A stretch of DNA of 62,041 nucleotides, the filler included, from Choristocarpus tenellus KU-1152 (Eukaryota > Protista > Phaeophyceae), in NCBI GenBank assembly GCA_964200185.2. It is 10 parts of 10 records of this genome, joined end to end, with 100 filler letters (N's around TTAATTAATTAA, not from the genome) between each part and the next. Parts side by side here need not be neighbours in the genome. Positions count along the whole stretch, not along the records: positions 1 to 13,193 come from CAXNAD020001558.1; positions 13,294 to 20,698 come from CAXNAD020006206.1; positions 20,799 to 23,637 come from CAXNAD020024302.1; positions 23,738 to 27,631 come from CAXNAD020017302.1; 6 more parts are not named here. The stretch is one strand, 5' to 3'. The notes below the pieces were generated by a model. That model was not told the DNA's origin. It ran no database searches and was given only the letters and a program-made list of their open reading frames with translations. Below are positions 12,498-24,321 of this stretch, one piece after another. Position numbers and translations under genes: made by a program. Each line of letters starts with the position of its first letter. Positions within the stretch are counted from its first letter, which is position 1.

Positions 12498-12622
12498 AAT
12501 GTGCTCACCCCCCACGCCTTCCATGTCCTGTTTTTTTTTCCTGATAGGATTGACCACCAGGATGAGGTGTACCCTGTATTGGAGCAGCATCCATTTCTGC
12601 GGTGTCACCTTGCTGGAAGTCT
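5900..12622 (+). CDS. Unknown protein, multi-exon gene divergent from cathepsin B; 3' end unresolved
   Basis: GT-AG exons that join in frame: 5900-5910 (tentative), 5983-6057, 6267-6293, 6394-6444, 6560-6629, 10647-10780, 12548-~12622. They give ...KGSSRAERHDKRPSNLWAIESKQPETEYPIKSQKRLQASGTSVTLALEGEGSSCGPPKTKNTLFVLGIGDVYPPDNEELLDALRAVLIFRLPDERQIRARGTVPNDMIVEPYEFYQNHGIDHQDEVYPVLEQHPFLR... No family recognised. Confidence 0.65.
6800..10500 (-). mobile_element. Heavily degraded non-LTR (LINE-like) retrotransposon, antisense within intron 6630-10646
   Basis: Fragments occur in the expected order on the minus strand. APE-endonuclease-like: LTTNVYLG / LFIWGRIN / WNHIDSRPGLV (10490-9880). RT-start-like: KGSHYVEDIEKTRSITMASK and VPGEKTGF (8480-8280). 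RT-end-like: ILGQSIPYTPYVPY (~7050-7090). Many stops and frameshifts. Confidence 0.4.
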
Positions 12623-13193
12623 GTATGATGGGTTTCGAGGAGAAGGATCTAGTCTGGGGTCAAGGTTTAGGGGGAGGGGGGAAGGGCGGGGTGAATCCGC
12701 GAAGCGACTGCATGTTGTGAAGGGCACTGGGAGGGATGCTGAGGGAGGGCACAGTGGTACAGAGGATGCCAAGAATTCTGGAAGCAGGCGGGGGCATGGC
12801 CAAATGATGAAGGGTGGAGAGAATAGAGATGGGTCTCAAATGTTGCCTAGTAAAGGTGAAGGAAAGGTGGGGATGGTTACACTGCGTCTGGAAGAGCCGG
12901 TGCGAGCTGGGAAGCGTGGAAGGGGGAAGGGGATGGAGAGTGAGGGGAAGGGTGCGCGGCAGAAGTGGATGGCTACAGAGTCAAATAAGTTGGCTACAGA
13001 GCCTGGTGCAGGTTTGGTGTGCAGGGGAGGGACTGGGGAAGGGGGCTTGGGAGTGGCAGGTGGGGAGGTTTCTGATGCGGGGGATGAGGGAATGGGGGAT
13101 GTAGAAGAGGAGGGAGATGCAGTGGATTCGGAGATTGGGGGGAGAGGAGGAGAGGGTAGAGAGCAACGGCATCGGCGTGGAGATGTAGAATTG

Positions 13194-13293
13194 NNNNNNN
13201 NNNNNNNNNNNNNNNNNNNNNNNNNNNNNNNNNNNNNTTAATTAATTAANNNNNNNNNNNNNNNNNNNNNNNNNNNNNNNNNNNNNNNNNNNN
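13194..13293. other. Artificial contig linker (N44-TTAATTAATTAA-N44); also at 20699, 23638, 27632, 34236, 45902, 51185, 55291, 58977
   Basis: The same 100-nt spacer with stops in all frames recurs nine times. Adjacency across these spacers is not biological. Confidence 0.98.
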
Positions 13294-13305
13294 CCATGCA
13301 TATTT

Positions 13306-13563
13306 GAGTGAAAGTATCTTAGAGGGTACGAGTTTTGCCCTGTTTGTCCATTTGGGACTTGGCTTCCCATGGGTTTTAATATATCATTTTCCTACTCCAA
13401 AATGTTTCTGAGTAGGTAAAATGTATATGTTATGAAAAGATGTGTCAGGGACAAGGATATTGAAACTTCCTAACAAACACGATAGCCAAAATTACATCAA
13501 AATAGCAAAATTGGATTTTGGCCCCAAACGGACGCGGCCCTATCCTCTAAGATACTTTGGCTC
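13306..13563 (+). mobile_element. MITE family A (~258 bp), TSD TTT
   Basis: Imperfect TIRs GAGTGAAAGTATCTTAGAGGGTA...TATCCTCTAAGATACTTTGGCTC, flanked by TTT/TTT; multicopy in the window. Confidence 0.9.
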
Positions 13564-13970
13564 TTTAGTTGCAACTCCAAAATGCCCACACTGGCTACAT
13601 GGAGAAGTTCATTTGTATTACGTTGTTTGTGTGTAGCAAGTATCAATAAGAGCAAAGTTGATGTATTGCAGTAATATACCTCTTGTTCGATATTTGTTTT
13701 GACTCATTTCTTCTTTTACCTTCCATCATTGGCGACAGTTTGCTTGCTCATCCATGACTTTTTGGTGTACTTGTGCTTGTTTGAGTAATATTTATACAAA
13801 AAATGTATGTATGCTGTGTATCTTTTTTTACCGATGCTTTGTGGGTATCTCTATACAATATGCTAAAGTAGGACGAATGTTGCCTACACTGGAAGCTCTA
13901 GACATATATTGCTTTCTCATAATGTAATTAGCTTCAAGCGTGAACGTGGTACTGTCCATCCTCTGCACAG

Positions 13971-16900
13971 CCCAGCACTTCTGGCCGCTTGAATGCTATG
14001 GCCTACATCAACCACATTTTTTACAAGAATCGCACAAAAGCACCTGTTCAGGATGACCAGCATGGGGGTGGGAATCCTGAAAGAGCGGAAATGTTGCCTG
14101 AGATCAATGTGGTGAGTTACTTGAATGAGTCAGGGAGGGAGGTGACTTGATTTTTCAGGTTGATCTGACCCATTGTAAAGCATATCGGAAAGTCAGAGGT
14201 ATTACACATTGTTCCAGAATATCTTTTAAACTCATACAGCCCTTAAACACACACATTGGTCTTTTCTTTATGCCTGAGATGAAGTCACATTATCCTTGTG
14301 ATTCCTACAGAGTATCGCTTATTGCTACATGGCATCTACATGTGAGGTTTGGTTGGGAATGTGATCATAGACCTTTATCTAATGTTGAACAGTTAATTTT
14401 GTATCCATACTATGGTACTACATAAAGATGACTATAGGATTTGCTCCCAAGTTCTTATTCCCTAACAATGCATGCATCATGCTTTGGCCGCTACCTTCAG
14501 TCATTTTTGTGATGTGACCAGTTGAAGACTAATGGAATTCAAGAAATTGAATAGTGCTATAGGTTGTAGCGACATGGATAATATCATTGTTATTGTTAGA
14601 ATTGTGCAGTAGAAGGACGGGGGGAAGAAGTGTTGTTTCCGACCTTCTGTTCTCATCTTCCTCAGTCATATCTGGCACAAACTACATTACTACTGCAATC
14701 CTTAACATGGGTAGCATGAGACGATATCTTCCCTTAGTAGTAGTTTCTTTCCCTCTCCCACACCCATCCTGGCCCTTGCATCCAATTTGAACAGACCTTA
14801 CACGTGAGCAATGATACGCAGAATGAAACTCAAGAATTATACAGGGTGGACTCTGAGAAGCGCCTGTTGACTATGTTCCATGTGTGTCCGTTTCTCATGC
14901 GAGTGAGGTTGGACAAGAGCGACCGTCCTGTCTACGCATACATATTTTCATGCCCAGGAAGTGCACAATCACTGGTAGGTATACATAGGGGGTATACCAA
15001 GAAGAGGAAGGGGTGTTGTTCTGGTATGGGAGGACGGGTGCATGTGCCTGAGCTTGTGATGTGCATATTCATGGTGGACGGGTGTGATATGCTCATCAGC
15101 TTTTAGTTCAATCTTCGTTGCACCATGCGATGTACATAAATTAGGATGTACCCATCAGATAATGAGGGGATGGGTTCGAAAGTGTTTGACCGCTATTCGT
15201 TTAACAAATTATGTAGTGGGAGATCAGGGAGGTGTAGGTACTGCACACATAACAGAGGAGAGTGAGGTTGTATGGAGCACAAGGTGCGCACAACAGGATG
15301 TGGTTAACTTTATACTACAATAAGATATTATGAATTGACTCTATTATCAAAGTGCCTCTTGGAATGAGCGCTCATTTTATTTCTTTAGCTAATGATGCCA
15401 AGTAGAGCAGAGTTCGGTGTTGTCTACCCTGCTCATCAACCTCATATCACCAAAATACTAAAAAATATATCTGCAATCTTTTGTTGTGTTGTCCGAAAGG
15501 TTCCCAACCATTTTATAACATATCGCTGAGGTAATGGTCCATCTTCAGTGCTCTTGGGTCAGCTGGGAATCTTATCTTGTTACTTCTGTCGTTCATGTTT
15601 TATTCTTGCCCCTTTTCACTTCTTCAGGTAAAGTCCATGACAGGGGTCTGCTATTTCAATATGATGGCATTGCGAGTGAGTGGGCAGGTAGGGAGGAGGG
15701 GTGCACTGTGCTGACTGCCCAACTTGCTGTATCTTCTTCCATCCTACACTGTCTGTAACCCCACTGAACCTATGTCTCTCTCCCAACCCAATCTCGATAT
15801 GAGAATACATAGGCCTTCACCCGGCTCAACCTCAAATTAGCTTCACACATATCCCCTCTTTAAACCCTCAATACTTGACAACCAAAAGATGCATCAGCCT
15901 TGTCCCTGACTACTGCGTGCAAAAGAGTGAGGGGAGAGAAATCTGCTCATTGAATAATTTGTTTTCCTCATTAATTTTCTCTCTTAAACTAAGGTGGTAG
16001 CTATCACATTGCAGCAAACAGTGCTATTTACACTAGTGTGCACATGCACTTCTATATATGCCAGGTGCAACAAAATTTCCACTAATAGTAGTATCATACA
16101 CAGTATATGTATCAGATAACCCCCAAATCATCCAAAAGTGTGAATCGATAGGGCTGCAAAGTATCTCCAGATCAACAGCCATTCTATTTGGAATACCAAA
16201 GTAAAACGAGGGTATCATTTTAACCTAGGCCGAAGCTCCAGCCTCTCTTACCCTACCCACTCTGTATACTTGTTTATCTTCGACAAGTCATGAAAGTCCC
16301 TTTCATAGTTTAGTTTTGACAGCAATTGCAGACATAATAAAGATGAGCGCCGTGTCCATATCCTTGATCCAGTGTGCACATGAGAGCTACAGTGTCATAT
16401 CAGGCCAATGCTTCAAGAGAAAATCAAACTACTCTCACCGTTGCAACATATCCCCATGACTAGTCCCAATACCAACATATTGCACAAATGCTTGTCGGTT
16501 CATGTTGCACCTGAATATTCTTGGTGGGATCATTTTTCCAGGTGGTACAACGGTCATACAATGCCTTTGCTGTCAGGGTCAAGCGAGGGAGAAGGAAGGA
16601 GGATATAAGTGTGGTGCCCGCAGGAGAATCAGAGGAGGGAGAGGTTTGTGTGGAAATGCGTATACGTTTGTACAAAGATGGCTCTATGAGTAGCCTCCTT
16701 GAGGGCTTGGCAAAGGTAACAGAGGGAACGAAAGGGTGAGGAAAAAATGAATCGATCAGCATAACATGAGGGTGTGGGAACTCTTCACAGTCAAACGTTT
16801 GATTCTGTGACCATGTAACCAAGAATTTTGGCTGTGTTGGGTACAAATCCTTTCTCCATTCCCTTCTGTCTTTTTTTTCTCTTGTAAGATTCTGACAATG

Positions 16901-19900
16901 CTATGGTGCAACTCCAGGGCCCCTTCATGATTTCCAAGCTGATTCCTCCTCCACTGCACAGGAGGGTAGTTCTCATTGCTGGCGGGACAGGGATCAACCC
17001 TAGTGCGTAGAAAGAAAAGGGGGGGGGTTCGTCTCATGTGCACAAATACTTGCTGGCATATATTCCCTTATAGGAGAAGGGGGCTCAGCTTTATGGCATG
17101 CCCTGGTTAAGTGTTTGGCGACATAATCCCGGAACATACATCATCGTAGAGGATGTGGTTTCAAGCACTTGCATAGTTCAATCATTTTCGGGCCATGTCA
17201 CAGAGTGCCAGAAGGACACCTCCTCTTCCCTTTTTTTTTACTTCGAAGTATATCACTCTAGACATGCTCAGTACATACAATACGTTGGGATGACTTTGTT
17301 CTGGTGCAATATTGTTGCAGCAGCAGGTCATGGCAGAGTCATCCTTACCATTCCGGATTTGGTCATTTAGGCTGTTCACCCTTTCCCCTAACTCTAACAC
17401 CCTGTCCTTGCACTCGTTCAACTCTCATTTATGATGTTGTGAATGCAAACACCGTCTGACAGTGATACAAATTATCAGAGACTACATTGACAGGTGAGGA
17501 GACTGATCATAGTCCCTTTACCTTCCAATTCCGCTCCACCATCCCCTCCTCACCCTACAACGAAATGCATCAGATACCATCTTAGGCAGGACTTCTCAAT
17601 ATCCTGCATGCATCTCCTAAGAATCCCACTGATTGTATATGTGGTGGTAACTTGTATACACTTAAAACCATTATCTACGTTGTAGAGTAACTTACGGTAC
17701 CATATCGTGGACTATTTAGTGTCTCATACTTTCATAATACCTCCAAACATTGCAACTAGTGTTACCAGCATTTACTTTTCTATTCCAGTGCATGGAGGTA
17801 TTTATCAGTTGTATCCCTTTCCGATATGCAGTAAGCATTTGTTTGCTCCATTGTATCAGATTTCTAGCCTGGGCCACTTGGGGTTGAGACATATCCCTAT
17901 ATTGTTCTTATATCCATTAGTTTATTTTGATTGCCCTCTCAAAGCTCAACCAATGTTTTACAACCATATATATAATTGTCCCTAAGAACCTAATCCCACC
18001 CTTCTCTTTCCATTTTCTTCTGTCACCACCTCGACCTTGCTGCCCTTCTAATTATCCACCAAAGTGTTGATTTACACCTACATCTGCAACTTCATCACTC
18101 ACACTTCCCCTTTGGACTATGAGTTTATCATTGTTGAAGATCTAGGAACATTCTACATGTTCGTATATCGAAGTACAATATATCGACATCTGCAGGGGGG
18201 AGGTTCAACTTGGACGCAAAATGCCCGAACGTTTGGTGGTCCATGTATTATCAGGGATTGCGACACAGGGCACAAGTCTTTCCGTACCTCACACCTACCT
18301 TCACATCTTTTATTTCCCAATAAACCTGTCCATTGAATCAGTTTTATCCGTATTAGTGTGCCTGTGCTTGTCTCACCTGTCCACCTCCCGTTGCTTGCAA
18401 AGGTCTCAAGATACGTCTAATGTAAAGGGATTTTGGAAGGATAGTGAAAAGGGAGAGGGGGAGGAGGGAAACGTAAGCAAGGGTGGGGATGAAGTGCACC
18501 CAATGGTATCACTCCTATGGCAGAACCGCAGCGAGCTGGAGGTATACTGTGAAGAGGAACTGGACGACCTTAAGGTGCAAAGAAATGGCATTGATTGAGA
18601 ACCGAAAGTCAACTTTCAATCTTTGTGTGGACTGAGTCCTTACTGATGTAAAAATGGTATTTTCCATCCTTATCAAGAGGGTTTTATGGCACATTTGTTA
18701 CAGTTTGTTATTTGCATCAATTCAAAAGGCAGTGGGAATGGGTGAGCTCTAGAGGTTGGTCAATTCGTCCCAACCAAGCAGGAAACACCCTGACTGTAAC
18801 ACTGTAGCATTGATGTGCAGTTACAATGATTCACTCTGCTGATGGATTTGGAAATAATGATGCACTAAAGTTCTTGTTTACAGCACTCACCCTAACTTGC
18901 CAAGCCCAACCTTTCCTCATGTGCTCAGGCTCGGTCCAAAGGCATGCTGGAGGACATAAGGCTAATTAGTGGTGATGCTATCCGTCGCAATGCTCCACGC
19001 ATGGGTCAGGGTGGAGGACCAAAGCATCTCTATAAGAATGTGAAGGCTCCTCAGTTGCCAGTACACAAGAAACTGCACGTACGCCAACGCTCACCGATTG
19101 CTTTTTTAGCTCGACTTGGACAAAAAATCACAACTCCAGGCAGTTTGGGCATATCAGAATATGTAGAGGAAACCTGGTCAGATATTAGGGGTCTGACCTC
19201 ACCATTCCCAGGGAAAGAAGCACAGGTGGAGCTGGACATATCACAGGATCCTGAGCTCAGGTCACAGTCCAGACCAAGAAGTTGTAGCAAAGCCAGGGCT
19301 CAGGCTGAATCTAACGTCGGCTCTGGGAACACAAATGTGTGTGAGATGAAGCATGATGAAGATACAAGTGACTTCTCCATTGTGTCTGAAAATGGGTCAA
19401 ATGCGACATTGACTAGGAATTGCGCACCTATTCCATGGGTTAATGTGAAGAAGATACCTATGGGCTCAGTGGAGACCTCTGCCAAACCTGGCAAAATTCA
19501 GCTACAGCGAAGTGAGAGTGTCGTGAGGATGGACTGTGTTGCAGGTTCTAGATCACCTTTACTAGTGAGAGGTGGAGGTGGGATGAGGTTCCACTCTTTT
19601 TGTTGTTGGAACTTTAATTGGGTAGTCGGATCGATCTTTGACTTCCTCACCAAGAGTTGGGGCCACGATTCGTTTAGTTGAGAATGCTATTGATAGATGC
19701 GTCAACACACTATGACAAGAAACTAGAGAGATTGTTGATGTCCATATTTTGCTGGACTCAATGTTGTTCAAGGTCTCAATTTTATCCTTTCGCAATGCAC
19801 CGATTCCTCATTCGCCCCAGTCCTTACAAGAAAACTCTACAACAGTAGCCCATGTCCCAGCCAAGCTCATATATCGTTCCTCCTTCCCACTTGCAAAGTC

Positions 19901-20312
19901 GAGAAGCAGACCAGTGAGGGGAAAGATCACGCAGTCCACCATCGAGGAGGTGCTTGGCTCACATGTCCTTGCGGAAATTACTGCCTACAAACCTAAGGAG
20001 GACAAAATGATGGACCCATCTGTTCCAGACTTAAGTCTGGTTCGATTACCAACCAACCTACTGGAGGGTCGATCCCAACGTGACCAAGGACAAACCTCAA
20101 AAATGATCGTTGATGAACTTGGCAGTGATGGGGGGAGCGGTGCTGTTCATAGGTCTTTCCTTCAATCATGTGTGGCTAGATATTTTGCGGCCCACAAGAA
20201 GAAGCCTGGGCTGTTAGCAGAGGCAGTGCAGGCAGAGGCTTATGAAAAGCTCTGTGACAAGGACAACAGACCAGGAAGCATCCAGGCAAGAGCATTAGAT
20301 TGGTTAAAATAA
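13971..20312 (+). CDS. Cytochrome b5 reductase / FNR-family FAD- and NAD(P)-binding oxidoreductase-like protein, 5'-truncated
   Basis: Exons 13971-14111, 14795-14974, 15628-15687, 16542-16715, ~16889-17002, 17463-17493, 18403-18574, 18929-19564, 19773-20312 (stop). Motifs: VVQRSYNAF (RxY flavin site), IRLYKDGSMSSLL (GxxS), QGPF, VVLIAGGTGINPMIQII, VSLLWQNRSELEVYCEEELDDL, RGKITQSTIEEVL. The junction 16715-16889 is not phase-resolved. Confidence 0.82.
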
Positions 20313-20658
20313 GTGCTTTTTCTCATGAATACTCAAATCCGTGGCTGATCTGAAATTGAAAAATATTTGCACCATCCCAATAAGCCTCACTTTCCAGTCA
20401 CAGAAGAATAGGAATTTCCCACCTCAGTCAGCTATCCAGGATAAGAAAAGGTGCTATATATTACGTTGCACATTTGCACATTTGCACATTTTGAATTTCA
20501 GGGGTATCAATGTGACAGAAATGAACATTAAAGTCATGAACAATACCTTGAGCTGTTGGTCCTCTCTTTTTTTATTTTTTTTTGTTGAAGCAAGAAACTG
20601 TATGAAGCTGGTAACAACTCCAGATGTTTCGCAGGATCTTTACATCAGGCCAGGTAAA

Positions 20659-20698
20659 GGCTCAAAGTATCTGGGAGGGGGTGGCGGCTGTCCATTTG
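20659..20698 (+). mobile_element. MITE family B end, truncated by contig end
   Basis: GGCTCAAAGTATCTGGGAGGGGGTGGCGGCTGTCCATTTG matches the family B terminus. Confidence 0.8.
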
Positions 20699-21369
20699 NN
20701 NNNNNNNNNNNNNNNNNNNNNNNNNNNNNNNNNNNNNNNNNNTTAATTAATTAANNNNNNNNNNNNNNNNNNNNNNNNNNNNNNNNNNNNNNNNNNNNAA
20801 CCAATCATTTCCCCTCCCCCCCCCTCCCCTCCCTAAATACCTCAACCCACACTCTATATCAAACAAAACTACAAACGGTAGAAAAGAGAGAGAGAGCCAA
20901 ACGTGCTAATGACAAACCAACCCAGAATCAGCAGTGATATCAACCACCCCAATCCTGACAGGCTGCCAACTATAGCGCTGCTTCGGGTCTCCACCCTCTC
21001 GGCAAGACCACCCTCAAACTCTCATGGACCAAAATAAATAGCTTGAGTTACAGGAAATGAGGGAGATAAAAGAATCTCCTTCAAAATCAACGTAAAATTG
21101 CGAAAACGCCATATACAAATAACATCTCCACCTAAACACGTAAGAGTATAACAAGGGAGTAAGTAGTATATGAAATGGTTGGGATATGTAAAGGACACTC
21201 AACAAGAAGGTCTAACAATGGTTTTACATCGTAACACACTAACAGATTGTGCTTTCTTCTACCCACTGTACAATCATAATAAAATACAACTACTTCAAAA
21301 TAGAAGAATAGTTTAGCGGTTTTGAGGAATCCAAATATGTCAAGGTGGGATGTGGGTCGATATTAGAGA

Positions 21370-22657
21370 AAACGGGATATAAGAGAGGGTGGATTGCCTT
21401 GTCACGACTTTTCAGGCTATAAAAGAGGTTTGGGCGTTTTCCTCCCAATCCTCTCTTATAGCGAGCAAACTTGCATTTTTTTTCAATCCTTGACCAACAA
21501 GTTTCCCAAAAAGCCTTATCTAAAGTTAAGCAAAATATAACAAAGTAAGCCACAAAGGTGCTCGACACCAACAGTACACAACATAGCAGTCTTTTGTCTC
21601 TCACTACTGCACAGTAGAGTACATACAGTATATCAGATCAAGGGTTAGACGTCTGTATTGTACAGATAAAAATGTGCCCTGCGCAGCGGGATCCAGGTGC
21701 AACGTTCTGGTCCACAACATTATGCATGCCATAAGTGTCGCATTGTAGTGGCTATCTCCGTGACATTTGTGGCGTTGCGGATCCTTTTGGTTGCCAGCGA
21801 AATGAAACACGCGTGTAAATTGTGCGTGATCCCCACCAAGCGCAAGGCTTCGAGTCCGCCAGACGGTGACAACACAGCATCAAAGCGCCATGACAACAAG
21901 AACAAGGGCAAGGGGAAGGTGCTGCCAAATATATCTACGGAGAAAGTCTCTCCCTACAAGCCTCACGGTGCCGACAATCGTAAAAGTTTGAGCTTTACAG
22001 AGAAGGTGGAAGGATTGAGACTCCTGAAGGCCATGGTGGGAACTGCGGTTGCTCAAAAAGTTTGGAATCGGTCACAGCACCCTCTACAAGTCGAAGGAGG
22101 CAAGAACCATCATGGAGAAAGCACAGACACTGAAGCCTGATGCCAGGTCTACGAGGGGTGCCAAACATACCAAGGTGCGTCAGCGCGTGGATTGAAAGTC
22201 TGAAAGTAGTTTGATTGTGATCGTGATTGAATTGTCTTTCTGCACTGTTTGCTTATGAGGATCATGATTTAATTTTTTGAAATTTTGCGCGCGTTTCTCT
22301 TGTACTGTAGTGTCTGTACTGTATACTGTGGAGGTGTGGTGTAGATATGGTGCTTGCTTCACCACCACAGTTCCATCAAAATGGGCTCACTGAGGGGAAT
22401 GTTCAATACATATCTACATTTAACTACTCTTGAAGGCACATGGGAAGCACATACAGCAAGGGGGTCGCTCTGTCGTCGTTCGGGGACAAGTATAAAGTCT
22501 CTACCACTACTTTTGCTCGATATAAAATAGGTTTCTCTTATCACGATCCTTCGGTTTAAGAGAAAAGCGTTCTTCTATACAATAAGAGAGGATCGGGATA
22601 TAAGAGAGGGTGTTTTTTCATGCCCCTACCCTCTCTTATATAGGTACACCGACTGTA
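21370..22657 (+). mobile_element. Internally deleted pogo/Tigger-like (Tc1/mariner) DNA transposon relic
   Basis: Frameshifted CENP-B/psq-type HTH RKSLSFTEKVEGLRLLKAM..AVAQK.GIGHSTLY (~21978-22090). The right end ...TATAGGTACACCGACTG|TA reads as a CAGT-type TIR plus TA site. A repeated subterminal motif CGGGATATAAGAGAGGGTG occurs at ~21373 and ~22594. Confidence 0.6.
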
Positions 22658-23611
22658 CTGTCAAAGTGTGTATGATGAAGATGATTCAAGATGCCAAATG
22701 GCCATCAAAGCATTGTGTCCTATTCCGAACCCAATGGTATAACAGCCCACACAATCATCTTCGGAAAAGATCATGATCACATAAGAAAAGAACTGGTGCA
22801 ATTAAAATAATCTCGTCCACTAAATTCATTATCTTCTGGACATAATAGATGTGAAAAAGTTAAGGAATAATTCCAAAAATGCTTGGTCATCAATGAGGTA
22901 TTGTGGCAGTGTGTTTGTCCATTACTTCCAAGATGAACTATGAGGGGGTGAAAATAACACTGAATATGAGAGTAGTGATCATGCATTTTTCAATTATTTC
23001 TTGGTCTTGGAAAATATCCGTTCAGATCTGCAATATAGAGTAGTTTACAATGAATTGGAGTGAAACAAATTGAGAGGTGGGTAAGTTTAGGCTATTTTAC
23101 ATACTAAACAATTTTCCTTACCCTGTGTAATACACTCTATTCCAATGCTTGATGTGCACAAATATCCAACCCTTGCTACCTCTTTGGTGGACGAAGAGTG
23201 TTTAGAACTGGAACAGGTCTTTCATAATCCTTTCAGAAAGATAATAGTTGTGTTGACACTTAGAGCGTTGCTTTTACTAGGAATAGGAACGGATATTTTG
23301 TTAAGCTCTTGGCATCTAGAAGAACTTTAAGACAAGAAAACTTGACAATAGAAACTTTGGAAAATCGTTTTCTGACGGAACTTGAGGTATGAATTATGTA
23401 TGTCCATCCCCTTCCAGTCCGACCCACCTTATTCCAGCATAAAATCTCCTCTGAGCCACTAGTCACCACAATCAACAGCACCGAAGCACTGCACAAATAG
23501 GCATGGAAAGTCGACCTAGCCTTCCCAAAAGTGTCTATGTTACGTCTGATAGAGAATTGTTGATAATGAAGGTGAAAAATACTGAATATGAGAATAACAG
23601 CGAACCAGTAT

Positions 23612-23637
23612 GACCCAAAGTATCTGGGAGGGTGGGG
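23612..23637 (+). mobile_element. MITE family B end, truncated by contig end
   Basis: GACCCAAAGTATCTGGGAGGGTGGGG matches the family B terminus. Confidence 0.7.
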
Positions 23638-24321
23638 NNNNNNNNNNNNNNNNNNNNNNNNNNNNNNNNNNNNNNNNNNNNTTAATTAATTAANNNNNNN
23701 NNNNNNNNNNNNNNNNNNNNNNNNNNNNNNNNNNNNNGGGGGGGGGGCAAAATATGGGTCAGCTCTACCAACAACAGAAGGTTAGTCACCCTGCAATCAT
23801 AGTCACGTAAGAGTGACCATGACATGAAAGCATGAACACAATTGGTTGCATTATGGTGCAGAGTGAACAAAGAATTTCAGAACTGAAGCCCAAACAAGTG
23901 AACACACCTCACAATAGCAATATGCCAGGGACACCCCAGGGTAAGAACTACCACCATGAAACTACATATATTATCCTTTCTCACAAAAAGAGAATATTAA
24001 TATTGTATTATATATATATATATATATATATCCCTCTTCTTTTTCCTTTTCTTTCCTTTCTCACACACCATAGTACTCACTTAACTAAATAGAGCAGGCA
24101 ATGTCTGTGATCATGGCACTTCAGTTGTCATCCCATCCACTATTTTAATATCCCCCCTTCCCCCATGCCCAATCAACAGTCAGAAGCAAAAGAGATGCAA
24201 CAGAGCATCAAAATCAAATGCAGTGGGAGGGTAAAGGTAACAAAAGCCCTCTGTGCGTAACACTCCTCCTCTCCCCCCTACCCATATCTACACAAACTAT
24301 GCTTTGCTTACACTCACGCAC

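Noticed and set aside
12441-13193. 266-aa Gly/Glu-rich ORF
   Set aside because: It starts in a CA microsatellite and runs through purine-rich low-complexity DNA; only ~12548-12622 looks like a real exon.
13194-13293. Recurrent TTAATTAATTAA motif within N runs
   Set aside because: Artificial concatenation linker, not biological; ORFs and gene neighbourhoods spanning it are meaningless.
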